Part shown: piece by piece, positions 24,590 through 35,206 of the stretch | How positions within the stretch are numbered: the stretch's first letter is position 1 | Layout of the letters: each line of letters starts with the position of its first letter | NCBI RefSeq assembly: GCF_001194135.2 | Contig: NC_068983.1 | Coordinates: 7,879,948 to 7,923,859 of the forward strand | Origin: Octopus bimaculoides | Lineage: Eukaryota | Reading direction: 5' to 3' | Length of the DNA stretch: 43,912 nt | Translations under genes and position numbers: made by a program | The notes under the pieces: model-generated | The model's database searches: none | What the model was told of the DNA's origin: nothing | Seen by the model: only the letters and a program-made list of their open reading frames with translations

Positions 24590-25020
24590 TTATTTGTAAA
24601 GTTCATTCATATTAAGTTCTGGTTTGAATTTTTCAATAAATGTAGTCTCTTTATTTAATCGTTGTTGAGTTGAGGTCCTTTCCGTGCATTGGTATAGTGG
24701 GAATATTGTGTATTGTGGTTGGCGTTCCTTAGCACATTTGTGTATGTGACTACTGAGTGGTATTTGACGGTATAGAGAGAGTGTAGATTAGTTGTCTGTA
24801 TGATGTGGATCTATGTCTGAGGGACTTGCCTGTTGAGCCGATATAGTTTCTACTGCAGTCGGAACAGGTTATGACGTAAATGACATTTTCAAAGGCACAA
24901 AAGAAGAAGTCAGTTTTAATTTTAAATTCTTGTCCTTGTTTAAAATGAAATTCTGAGCCGTCCATTATGTTGGGTCATGTTCCACAGTTCGGTCGTCCAC
25001 ATTTTTTAAACTCTTGATCC
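24590..25020 (-). mobile_element. Penelope-like element C-terminal fragment: Cys-rich linker and GIY-YIG endonuclease (pseudogenised)
   Basis: KCGRPNCGT*PNIMDGSEF..ENVIYVITCSDCSRNYIGSTGKSLRHR, then after a frameshift PLSSHIHKC..KETTFIEKFKPELN..K* (TAA at 24590-24592). The Cys-rich linker is of the kind seen in Neptune-type PLEs. Confidence 0.9.
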
Positions 25021-25024
25021 CATT

Positions 25025-25172
25025 CATTATTTACATTATTTACATTTGACGGATATTTGTCCTCATCTTGTTTCTTGTAAACACAACGTTTCGACTGATA
25101 TACCCTTCAGCTTTCATCAGGTGTCTTGGGGAAATTTCGAACCTGGGTTCTCATTCCTATGGTATTTTTCGA

Positions 25173-25237
<65 letters not shown>

Positions 25238-25308
25238 TCACTGCCTGGAGTCGAATACGGAATTTTGGGGTTAGTAGCTCTCGCTCTTAACCACTACACC
25301 ATATACCC
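25025..25308 (-). mobile_element. SINE family H, left copy: tRNA-like head, (AAT)20 and hammerhead-bearing tail
   Basis: Reverse complement: GGGTATA TGGTGTAGTGG (A box) TTAAGAGCGAGAG CTACTAA CCCCAAAATT CCGTATTCGACTCC (B-box-like) AGGCAGTGACCTG (AAT)20 ATCGAAAAATACC... Confidence 0.85.
25080..25125 (-). ncRNA. Minimal type-I hammerhead ribozyme (PLE-type), left copy
   Basis: GACAC-CUGAUGA-A-AGCUG-AAGGGUAUAU-CAGUC-GAAAC-GUU-GUGUU. Stem II has an A.C mismatch at its base. Confidence 0.65.
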
Positions 25309-25331
25309 GAGTTCGATTCCAGGCAGTGACT

Positions 25332-25385
<54 letters not shown>

Positions 25386-25563
25386 TCGAAAAATACCTTA
25401 GGAATAAGAACCCATGTTCGAAATTTCCCCAAGACACCTGACGAAGGCTGAAGGGCATATCAGTCGAAACGTTGTGTTAACAACAAACAAGATGAGGACA
25501 AATATCTGGCAAATGTAAATAATGTAAGTAATGCACATAATTCCTCATCTTTTAAATATAGAA
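25307..25563 (+). mobile_element. SINE family H, right copy, 5'-truncated at the B box and inverted relative to the left copy
   Basis: CCGAGTTCGATTCCAGGCAGTGACTTG (AAT)16 AACATCGAAAAATACC..., which is the reverse complement of the left copy. Confidence 0.85.
25433..25478 (+). ncRNA. Minimal type-I hammerhead ribozyme (PLE-type), right copy
   Basis: Stem I GACAC (25433-37) / GUGUU (25474-78); core CUGACGA (25438-44); extra A; stem II GGCUG/CAGUC; GAAAC (25466-70); cleavage triplet GUU (25471-73). Stem III is reduced to the palindrome AACGUU. Confidence 0.75.
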
Positions 25564-25751
25564 CTTGAATCTGTTATTTTTAAAAACTGTATTATACCTG
25601 CTTCTACGCAAAATTACATCAAAAACCTATCATTACATAACATTGAGTCATGAATAGCAAAGCAAAACCGGTTGACTCTGTACATATTATAACGGATTAA
25701 ATAATCTTTATCCTCACCTACAAAATTTGTGTGCTGTTTTACCGTAATTGC

Positions 25752-25818
<67 letters not shown>

Positions 25819-25827
25819 CACACATTG

Positions 25828-26168
25828 TTTTACTTGTTTCAATCATTTGAATGCGCCTTAAAGGGTTTTAGTCTAGCAAATTGACTCTGGGGCTTATTCT
25901 TTGTATGCCTAAAACTTATTCTATCGAACTGTTTTGCTGAATCCACCAACATCGGTTGTCAAGCGATGATGGTTGTGATGGGGAAGAATACAGACACAAA
26001 GACACACACACACACACACACGCGCCCACGGGTTTCTTTCAGTTTTCTCCAACCAAACCCACTCACAAATCGTTGGTCGTAGAAGACACTTGCCCAAGGT
26101 GCCACGCAGTGAGACGGAACCCGGTACCGTATTGATGGGAAGCAAGCTTCTTATAACACAGCCACGCC
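25828..26168 (-). mobile_element. SINE family A, degenerate, both ends present
   Basis: Head ..GGCTGTGTTATAAGAAGCTTGC..CCGGGTTCCGTCTCACTGCGTGGCACCTTGGGCAAGTGTCTTCTAC, internal (TG)n, tail GAAACAAGTAAAA. Confidence 0.85.
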
Positions 26169-27943
26169 CCCTACACACACACCTACAATATCTTACCACT
26201 GTTTTGAACACCGAACTTTCTAAAGCGTAAAGAGCCACAATCTAGTTTCTTACCTGATCGAAATGGAAAATCAGGTCGGCATGTATCATATTAAAGACAA
26301 TACAAATCGGTTTATCCTCCACCAATACGTATAATTAGTGACTTGATTGCTAGCGTTAGACATTTTTGAGTGCAACATATTTTTGCCGCAATAAATTTTT
26401 ATCAATCATTATCGAAATATCGTCAAAGCTGAGTAAAACAGAAAGAAAGAAACATGCAAAAAGAAAAAAGAAATAATAATAATAATAATAAACCGATGAA
26501 CATATAAAAAAAAAACTAAATACAATCGTCTGCTGCTTTAACTAGCTTGGTCCTCAATTCAAAAGATCTGACATGTTCTTTCAGTAAAAACACTCTATCT
26601 TCTTAGCTTATGAAAAATCAAGATTAATGAACAACTTTAAATGGCTTTTCATTTCCGACTCATTCGTTATTCTCAGGCTTCTTCACTCATCTGACAGCCT
26701 ATTAACGATCGACAAAATCATATGATGGATTTCAGTCGCCTTTTCATATCAGATAAATTGGATTTTGCGTTTTACATTGTATGTCTAATCTGTACAGATT
26801 TCACGAATATAATTCTTACAATGAGCGAAGAAAACATATCACATCTGTTTTACCGTATTTGTTGATTAATGAATTAATGTCAAAAGTATGATTGCAACAA
26901 TTCAACACCAAAGTTGCTTTATTTTCTGAAAATATTTATCAACATTATCAACTTTTCGTTCAATTATAAAGTGTTAGAGAGACGTTGTGCACAAATTGAT
27001 AAAACACAGCTATCCAGACACATTGTACATTATCGTCTCTTCGTTGGAGACAATAAATGTTTAATCTCCAATCCCCATATTGTATCAATGTGGAATACGT
27101 TTCTCGTTTACGTGTTCTATCTAACTACTAATCTTTAGCTGTTAAAATGATACATCAACTGGATATACTTCTAAATTTCGTGGACAGGCCGTCAAAAGAT
27201 ACCAGATCAGTAATCAGTAATATTTTGTTAGGTAATCAAGTACAATATATAGAGTTAACTGCCTGGAAGCAGGCTTTGGTTCCCTGATCGATTCTTCTAG
27301 AAGTCATGCAATTCTATTGCTGTAAATTACCAAATAACTATAAACTGGATTGGATTCCTTAACTATTATTTATGAAACTTTAAATCATTAGGATTAATTA
27401 GCCAAACTTGCCATCCACATAAAAAACAGTAGATAAGTTGGATTTTTAATGACAGGAAGCATTAAAAAAAAGTAATTAAGCAGTGAGGAAAAGACAACTT
27501 TATTTCAATTACTAATATTTCTTCAACACTTTCTGTAAGTATGGGAGTCAGGGAAATGTTTTGGTCTTATAAGATACCTCAGCTAAGCTTATCAATAACC
27601 TTAGTTGGTGAAATATTGGTGAAGGAATCCTTGAACAGATTTAAATGGAATAGAGACTAATTACTTATAAATAGATCAAGATAAAAATCATAATTAACTT
27701 AGTGTTAAGTTAATGTTTGTTAGCTGGCGACTACTCTGCAGTGAATAGATAGGAAATCCATTTTATTTCGAGTCTTTGCATACAGGGGAATTCGGTGGCC
27801 TATTATAGATATCAAATGAATTTGAGAAGGCCAACGATTTGATTTTGTGACGATGCAAGCTTCAACTACATAAGCGGTAGTTAAAAAAACACAAGTTTAA
27901 ATAGTACATTAGAATGCATTTAAATGAACTAATCTAGACTTAC

Positions 27944-28085
27944 ATGATCGAATCTGAGTTGGAGTTAAGCAATAAAATTGACATTTCATGTGAGTGTTCG
28001 CTTATATTTAATAAGAAATGTTTCGCATTTTGGTGAACAACATATAGAAAGTGCCCATTATACAGAAACTGTTTACAAACATAGT
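27944..28085 (-). CDS. Candidate exon (142 nt): (D)YVCKQFLYNGHFLYVVHQNAKHFLLNISEHSHEMSILLLNSNSDSI; may be partly 5' UTR
   Basis: Strong acceptor TATTTGTTTTCTTTAG| and consensus donor |GTAAGT. One frame is open (phase 1-2). No homology was recognised. Confidence 0.35.
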
Positions 28086-28671
28086 CTAAAGAAAACAAAT
28101 AGTAAGTGACGACATCAACCTTCAACTAAAGATATGCACAATATGCACCAACACTTTTCAGGCAGTATACAAAATTAGCGCAACGTTCCTATCCAAACAT
28201 CTATGAAAGTTAAAGGAAAACAACATTACGGCAAACATAAAATTGAGAATCATAAATCGTGAAACATCATGCATAAACGGATCTGGTCACACAAACTATA
28301 AACATTTTAGTCTAGAGAAATAAGACAATATCACGAAGATGAATTGTTTTCAAGAAAGGGGATAAAACAATTATGAAAACCAATAGCAACACTCCGCCAC
28401 ACAAACCATACACACGCAATTGCACGCGCACACCCATATATCTAAAAAACAGAAGAAAACGCGCTCACATATGCATAGCACACGAATCACGTACATTCAT
28501 ACACCCACTACTTCGACATAACTCCCCATCCAAATCCCTATTATGTATGATTATTCGTTACGACAAAAATATAATATACCAGAAGCTTTCGGCCTTGAAA
28601 ATAACATTAATTAAAAAAACGTATCTATCCACAATAGATAAGTACTTAAATACTTTTACACCTAGGCCTGG

Positions 28672-28957
28672 ATCTCCGTTGCTTACGACGACGAGGGTTC
28701 CAGTTGATTCTGCAAGTGGCTGAGCATCCCACAGACGCGCATACACTTAACGTAGTTCTCAGGGATATTCAGCGTGACACAGAGTGTGACAATGTTGGCC
28801 CTTTAAAATACAGGTATTGCTCATTTTTACCAGCTGAATGGACTGGAGCAATAAAAAACAAAGTTTTTTGCTCAAGCACACAACGTATCGCCGGGAATTG
28901 AACTCATGATCTTACGATCTTGAGCCGAATACTTCCTAGCCATTAAGCGACACATCC
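28672..28957 (-). mobile_element. SINE family B with an internal deletion in the 3' body
   Basis: Colinear with 15965-16264 but lacks the segment between CAGTTGAT and GCAAGTGGCTGAG. Confidence 0.85.
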
Positions 28958-29702
28958 TTCAAAATTACCACCACTTACAAACGTTCATAAACTCAGAATC
29001 GCTTCTTTTTATCTTTTAAAAATATGTTCTACCACTGCTGACAAAATTACAAACACCTATCGATCACGAAGTAGATGACCGCACACTCCCTTGCACATAG
29101 TAACACAAACATATCTTAAATACATGTAAAACATGCAAAAAGTAAAAATCTATAGAAATGGAAACTACGTGACCCATACGCAAACAAATATCTTTTCCAA
29201 AAGAAGAAAAACAAAATTTCTTAAGATATGTTTTTATTTACTCACAAAGTACGCCACCAAAAGCACAATTCATTAGGAGTATAGCTATTCACAATAGATA
29301 TGTCCTGAGTTAGTTTTATAACTCATCCCTAATATAAGTAACCCTTCTGAAAAAAAAACAAACAAATTCACCTTACACACAGTCAAGATACCACGCCCCA
29401 TCACCGACTCACCACCACACCCTAAAGAAATTAATAACACCCTCTTCTACCTACAATTACAAGAAATAGAAATACTAAATTTCACACTAAAATAATCTAA
29501 ACAGCCAATGAAGTGGCCAGAAATACAACACCCAATTAATGAACGCGAAATGCAAATCAAGGAAAAAACTGACACGCTGGAGTAGGGAACACGAGCCAAA
29601 GGATATGAATGCACCGCGAATATTAAGTTGCAACGTTTCTCGCCAAAAGACAGCAGTAGCGTAAAACTTGCGTTGTATGATAGATTTTCAGTTTCAATAA
29701 AA

Positions 29703-29704
<2 letters not shown>

Positions 29705-29769
<65 letters not shown>

Positions 29770-30137
29770 TTTGTGTTTGTCTTCCACCACTGATTGACAA
29801 CCGCTGTTGGTTTGTTTATATATACGTAACATAGTGGTTCGGCAAAAGGAACAATAAAATATGTAGCAGACTTTTAAAAAGAAAGTACTGGGGAGATTTG
29901 TTTGACTAATACTTTTTAAGGCCTTGCTCTAGCATGGCCGCAATCCATTGATTGTAACGAGCATAAGGTATATAAACGACAAGGTTCCAGACAGTTTCCA
30001 TCTACCAAATTCCCTCTCAGGGTATTGATCCATCCGAGGCTATATAGAAAATGAGAGTTGTTCAAGTTACTGCGTAATGGGACTGAACCCGAAATGCGGT
30101 GGTTACAGAGAGGGAGGTTCTTAACCACACAGCCGTG
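29705..30137. mobile_element. SINE A 3' half (+, 29705-29960, with long (GT)n) next to a SINE A head (-, about 29985-30137)
   Basis: TTGACAACCG..GGTTCGGCAAAAG..GCTCTAGCATGGCCGCA; GGGACTGAACCCG..TTAACCACACAGCC. Confidence 0.75.
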
Positions 30138-30530
30138 CTTACGACTTCAAAGATGTTTATGAAATATCGTGTAATGGGATTTAGGTATTATTGAAATAAA
30201 TTAATTCAGTCGATGGACTAGCTATCAGGGGATACTTTATAAAACGCATGAACTTACAAAGAGTAAGACTTTTTTAAGGGACGTTCGTAATGTAATCTGT
30301 TTGGACAGTCAAATAGTAATTTATGCTATTTAATTTCGAATTAAGAATATCGATAATTCTATTTGTGATTTAATTAGTATTCAATAAGGAAGAAGCGGAT
30401 GCTATTAGTTTATAATCAATTTATAACTCCATCACTCAGGTCCATCGATGCCTGGAGCGATATTCCTAAGAATATGGAAGACTAAAATTGCTACAATTTA
30501 GAAATAGAAATTCTATAACTGAAGTTAGTA

Positions 30531-30964
30531 TTGGGTCATCCCATAAATAATGCGGCTTTTTCAACTGCTTGAACTAAAAGTCGGAGAGGGGCGGGATAAA
30601 GTACCTGCATTAACTTGCTATAAAAGCAGGTAGTAATTTTACTTTGTACTTTTTCTTAGTGCAAGCTTTGAAGAGTGCAATTCGATTTTAACAGTTATTT
30701 TTTCAAAGCTATAATAGAAGTGATAAAGGAGCATATTTGGCATGCTTTGCTTTATGAGTCTAATAAAGGCAACAACGCAACGGAAAGTGCGAGGAATATT
30801 AATGCAGTATATGGGGATCGGACAATTAGCGTAAGCGAGTGTCAACGGTGGTTCCAGAAATTCCGAACCGGAAACTACAACCTAGAAGACAAGCCTCGTC
30901 CTGGAAGACCTGTAGTGCTCGACGAGGACGTCCTGCAAACCCTAGTGGAACAAAATCCCACCGT
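30531..30964 (+). mobile_element. Mariner transposon 5' part (TIR and HTH region), same family as 7454-8404
   Basis: TA at 30529-30530, then TTGGGTCATCCCATAAATAATGCGG. The start codon has mutated to ATA (30714). Protein: EVIKEHIWHALLYE..CQRWFQKFRTGNYNLEDKPRPGRP..LVEQNP. Confidence 0.95.
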
Positions 30965-31067
30965 GAGAACTACGTTAAGGGTACACATGTCTGTGGAGTG
31001 CTCAGCCACTTGCACGTTAATTTCATGAGCAGGCTGTTCCGTTGATCGGATCAACTGGAACCCTCGT
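30965..31067 (+). mobile_element. SINE B 3' body joined directly to the mariner fragment
   Basis: GAGAACTACGTTAAGGGTACACATGTCTGTGGAGTGCTCAGCCACTTGCACGTT..GGAACCCTCGT, then a gap. Confidence 0.9.
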
Positions 31068-32708
31068 NNNNNNNNNNTATCTTCGCAATTTATCCAGTAA
31101 AACCCTTAAAAAGTAAACAGTATTTTCCTAAACAATAGATCCACTTATTTCGGTTAGTGACTTATTCACGAATATACCATGTTATTACGTAACATGCTTA
31201 TACTCTGGAAACGCATTAAAGCCCTTTTCGGGGCTTCTTTATTTAAATTCTTACTATCGGGTAACTAATTTCATGTTGTTACATAACTGACTTCACAATT
31301 TGGGTATTCCTAACTTATTGGGAATTCCTAAAAACAAGATCATGTTTAAAACAGTTTCGTATTCTCTGTAAATGCACAAAAACCGTTTTATGGGATACAT
31401 ACTTTGTATTGTTATTGGATTAGCGAAACAATTATGAGAACAGAACCAAGGGACAAGCACCGCTTTCCCTGGAATTACCGTGTACTCTAGCTAACATATA
31501 TTATACATGCATATATATACAGATATATACATACATACATACATACATACATAAATACATACATATATATNNNNNNNNNNNNNNNNNNNNNNNNNNNNNN
31601 NNNNNNNNNNNNNNNNNNNNNNNNNNNNNNNNNNNNNNNNNNNNNNNNNNNNNNNNNNNNNNNNNNNNNNNNNNNNNNNNNNNNNNNNNNNNNNNNNNNN
31701 NNNNNNNNNNNNNNNNNNNNNNNNNNNNNNNNNNNNNNNNNNNNNNNNNNNNNNNNNNNNNNNNNNNNNNNNNNNNNNNNNNNNNNNNNNNNNNNNNNNN
31801 NNNNNNNNNNNNNNNNNNNNNNNNNNNNNNNNNNNNNNNNNNNNNNNNNNNNNNNNNNNNNNNNNNNNNNNNNNNNNNNNNNNNNNNNNNNNNNNNNNNN
31901 NNNNNNNNNNNNNNNNNNNNNNNNNNNNNNNNNNNNNNNNNNNNNNNNNNNNNNNNNNNNNNNNNNNNNNNNNNNNNNNNNNNNNNNNNNNNNNNNNNNN
32001 NNNNNNNNNNNNNNNNNNNNNNNNNNNNNNNNNNNNNNNNNNNNNNNNNNNNNNNNNNNNNNNNNNNNNNNNNNNNNNNNNNNNNNNNNNAGGCATGGGT
32101 GGAGTGTGGGTCAGGCTGAGGGTGGGGTTAGAGGTACGGGTATGTAGGTAGGGGGTGGGTGGTGGGTGTAAGTTCAGTGACTGAAACATGTAAAAGATTG
32201 AATATAAATTTCCCTCCATAAGTTAGTATTTGGGTTCCTTTAACATACTCCTACAATAATTTTACGTTATCGAATTATACATTTTCAAATTATATCAATT
32301 TTTGTCTTCCATATTTCCATTTCAAGTTCAATAATACCTTTTGTAACTACGAATATTGCTTTGGGCATCGATGTACATGAATGAGTAAGATATAAATTGA
32401 TTATAAACTAATAACATCCTTTTCTTCCCTATTGAATACTAATTAAATCACTTCTAGATTTATCGATATTCTTAATTCAAATTAAGCAGCATAAATTAGC
32501 ATTTGACTGTCCGTTACAGACGACATTAATAATGTCCCTTGAAAAGATCTACTCGTTGCAAGACCAGCCTAGACTCTAAAAAACAACCTTCAATATCTAT
32601 CATAAAGTGAAATTGTTTATTGAAATAATATTTAAATAATACCCAAATCCGGTTAGTCGATATTCCGTAAACAGCTTTAAACAATCACAGAAGATTTTCC
32701 GACACAGC

Positions 32709-32927
32709 TCTTCTTCTTCTTCTTCTTCTTCTTCTTCTTCTTCTTCTTCTTCTTCTTCTTCTTCTTCTTCTTCTTCTTCTTCTTCTTCTTTTTCTTCTTC
32801 TTCTTCTTCTTCTTCTTCTTCTTCTTCTTCTTCTTCTTCTTCTTCTTCTTCTTCTTCTTCTTCTTCTTCTTCTCCTCCTCCTTCTCCTCCTCCTCCTCCT
32901 CTCCTCCTCCTCTTCTTCTTCTTCTTC
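32709..32927. repeat. Long (TTC)n grading into (TCC)n
   Basis: Read directly. It is the source of the poly-E/K/R ORFs. Confidence 0.97.
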
Positions 32928-33922
32928 CCATACACAAATATAGACACACACACACATACATACATGCATACAAACATACACACACATATATATATACACA
33001 TAAGTATATATATATATGTATATGTGTGTGTGTGTGTCAATGTGTGTGTATGTATGTGCGTGTTTGTGTACGTAGTGTATGTATGCGTATTTATTTATTT
33101 ATTTATTTATTTATGTGTTTCAGCCAAGTGGCTGCGGTCATGCTGGTGCACCACCGTGTATATATTTGTGACCGATTACCGCATGACTGCCATCTACATA
33201 ATTCTACTCACAAGATTAGTAAAATTTGCTTATGTTGGAAGAAACTTGTTCAAGGTACTGTGAAAAGAAATCAAATCCAAAATCACATGACTGGGAGCCA
33301 ATCAGATTTCGGCCTTTATTTGACTATTAAAGAATGACCTATATCTGCCTTTTTTCTTTCATGCTATCTGCGCTGTTCTCTTCGATTTTTGTAGTACTTT
33401 ATGGTATTAATACATATAACATTTCATCGATAAAAGACATGCAGCTTGCTATAAGTTTTAATTCTGTGATCAATAGTCCAATAAACATAGCCGTGAAGTT
33501 ATCAAGCTTGCACATAATCTCGTGGTTCTCCATTCGATCTCAGTGTACGGTTATTTGAGGAAGTGTAAACATCGGCTCTCTTCAAACCTCGCGAGTGAAG
33601 TGAGAATGTACGGAAGCCTGTCTGCGGGTAGGTTTCCGTCTCTGTGTTGGGTGACTAGTTTTTGTCTTGTACCAATTGCTCATTAGTGATGGTTTACTCT
33701 GCCTTTCAGTAGCTGAAATTTAGATACAAAAAACAACTTATGGAAAATGTAAACATTATGACACGTATACAACAATTTATATAATGAAAGGAAGTTTGTA
33801 TTTAGGTATTACTAGTACAATGTAGTTATGATATAAGCACAGCGAAGTTTTGTAATACAGAAGTAATATATAATATTTATTAAATATATATTATTCTCAC
33901 TGTGAAAGTAGTTATCCGTGGA

Positions 33923-34024
<102 letters not shown>

Positions 34025-34260
34025 TGTAAACAACTGACCTTTATAAACGATATATTCGTTACTAGAAATTTATTGTCTTTGACTTTCGTATATGCATCTT
34101 AGTATGAGATGGGATTGTGACTACAAGAATAACTTCTGATCATAAGTTTGCTCAATCAGTTATGACCTACAATAGCAGCTCAATCAGGAATGACAACAAC
34201 AGCATTAGCAACAACAGCATTAGCAACAACAGCAGCATTAGCAATAAATTTTTCTGCGAT

Positions 34261-35144
34261 AGGCATAATGTATGAAATTTTGAGGGCAGAGGTTATACGA
34301 ATGCATCAACCCCAGTGCTCAGATGATGTATATTTATCGACTCCGAAAGGAAAAAAAAACAAAGTCTTCCTCAGCTGAATTTGAACTCAACCTAAAACCA
34401 AAAGACCTGTCGCTAAACATTTTGCCAGGCGTGCTACCGATTATGCCAAGTGACTGTCTTAAAAGTAACAATAATAACAACAAGAGCTAAGTGTCTTGCA
34501 GTGGTAACAGAAGTAATATCATTACTAGTAATAACAACTAGAAGATGATGTCTAACAATAACAGCAGTAATAACATGAACTAGGTGTCCAGTAGCAATAA
34601 CTATAGTAATAACAGTAGCAGTAATAACTCCTTCTACAATAGGCACAATGCCTGATATTTTGGGGAAGCGGAGTAGTTGATTACATCGACCCCAGTGCTT
34701 TTATCGACCGCGAAAGGATTAAAAGCAAAGTTGACCTCGGTGGAATTTGAACACAGAACGTAAAGACGGACGAAATGCCGCTAAACATTCTGCCCGACGT
34801 GCTAACGATTCTGCCAGCTCACCGCCTTAACAGTAGTAGTAATAATGATTTCAAATGTTGGCATAAGGCCAGTAACTTCGGCTGGGATGGAGCTAAGTTG
34901 ATTAAATCGACTCCAGTGTTCAACTGGTACTTATTTTATGGACCCTCAAAAGGTTGAAATGCAAAGTCGACCCCGAACGTAGCGACGGACGAAATGCTGT
35001 TAAGCATTTTTCCCGATGTGCTAAAGATTCTGCGAGCACGTTGCCTTTAGCTTCAAATTTTGGCACAAAGCCAGAACTTTCCGGGGACGGTCTAAGTTGA
35101 ATACATCGATCCCCCAGTGTTCAACTGGTACTCATTTCATCGAC
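34261..35144 (-). mobile_element. Four same-orientation SINE D copies (34261-34460, 34642-34828, 34849-35047, 35051-35144)
   Basis: Each complete copy has the reverse-complement head AAGGCGGTGAGCTGGCAGAATCGTTAGCAC..GTTCAAATTCC. Spacers are rich in AGT, AAT and AAC triplets. Confidence 0.85.
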
Positions 35145-35206
35145 TAGCTGCAGTAATAACTGTAGCATTAATAACAAGAATTAAGTGTTTAGTCAATGCT
35201 CAAGAT

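Noticed and set aside
25231-25308. Possible tRNA gene (also the heads at 11.0, 16.2, 37.7 and 41.3 kb)
   Set aside because: The acceptor and T stems do not pair properly, and each head continues into a repeat body, so they are SINE heads rather than functional tRNAs.
25046-25441. 131-aa poly-L/poly-N ORF and 68-aa poly-Y ORF
   Set aside because: They are by-products of the (ATT)20 and (AAT)16 tracts inside the palindromic SINE.
32600-33040. Poly-E, poly-K and poly-R ORFs
   Set aside because: These are three frames of one (GAA)n microsatellite, flanked by (TG)n.
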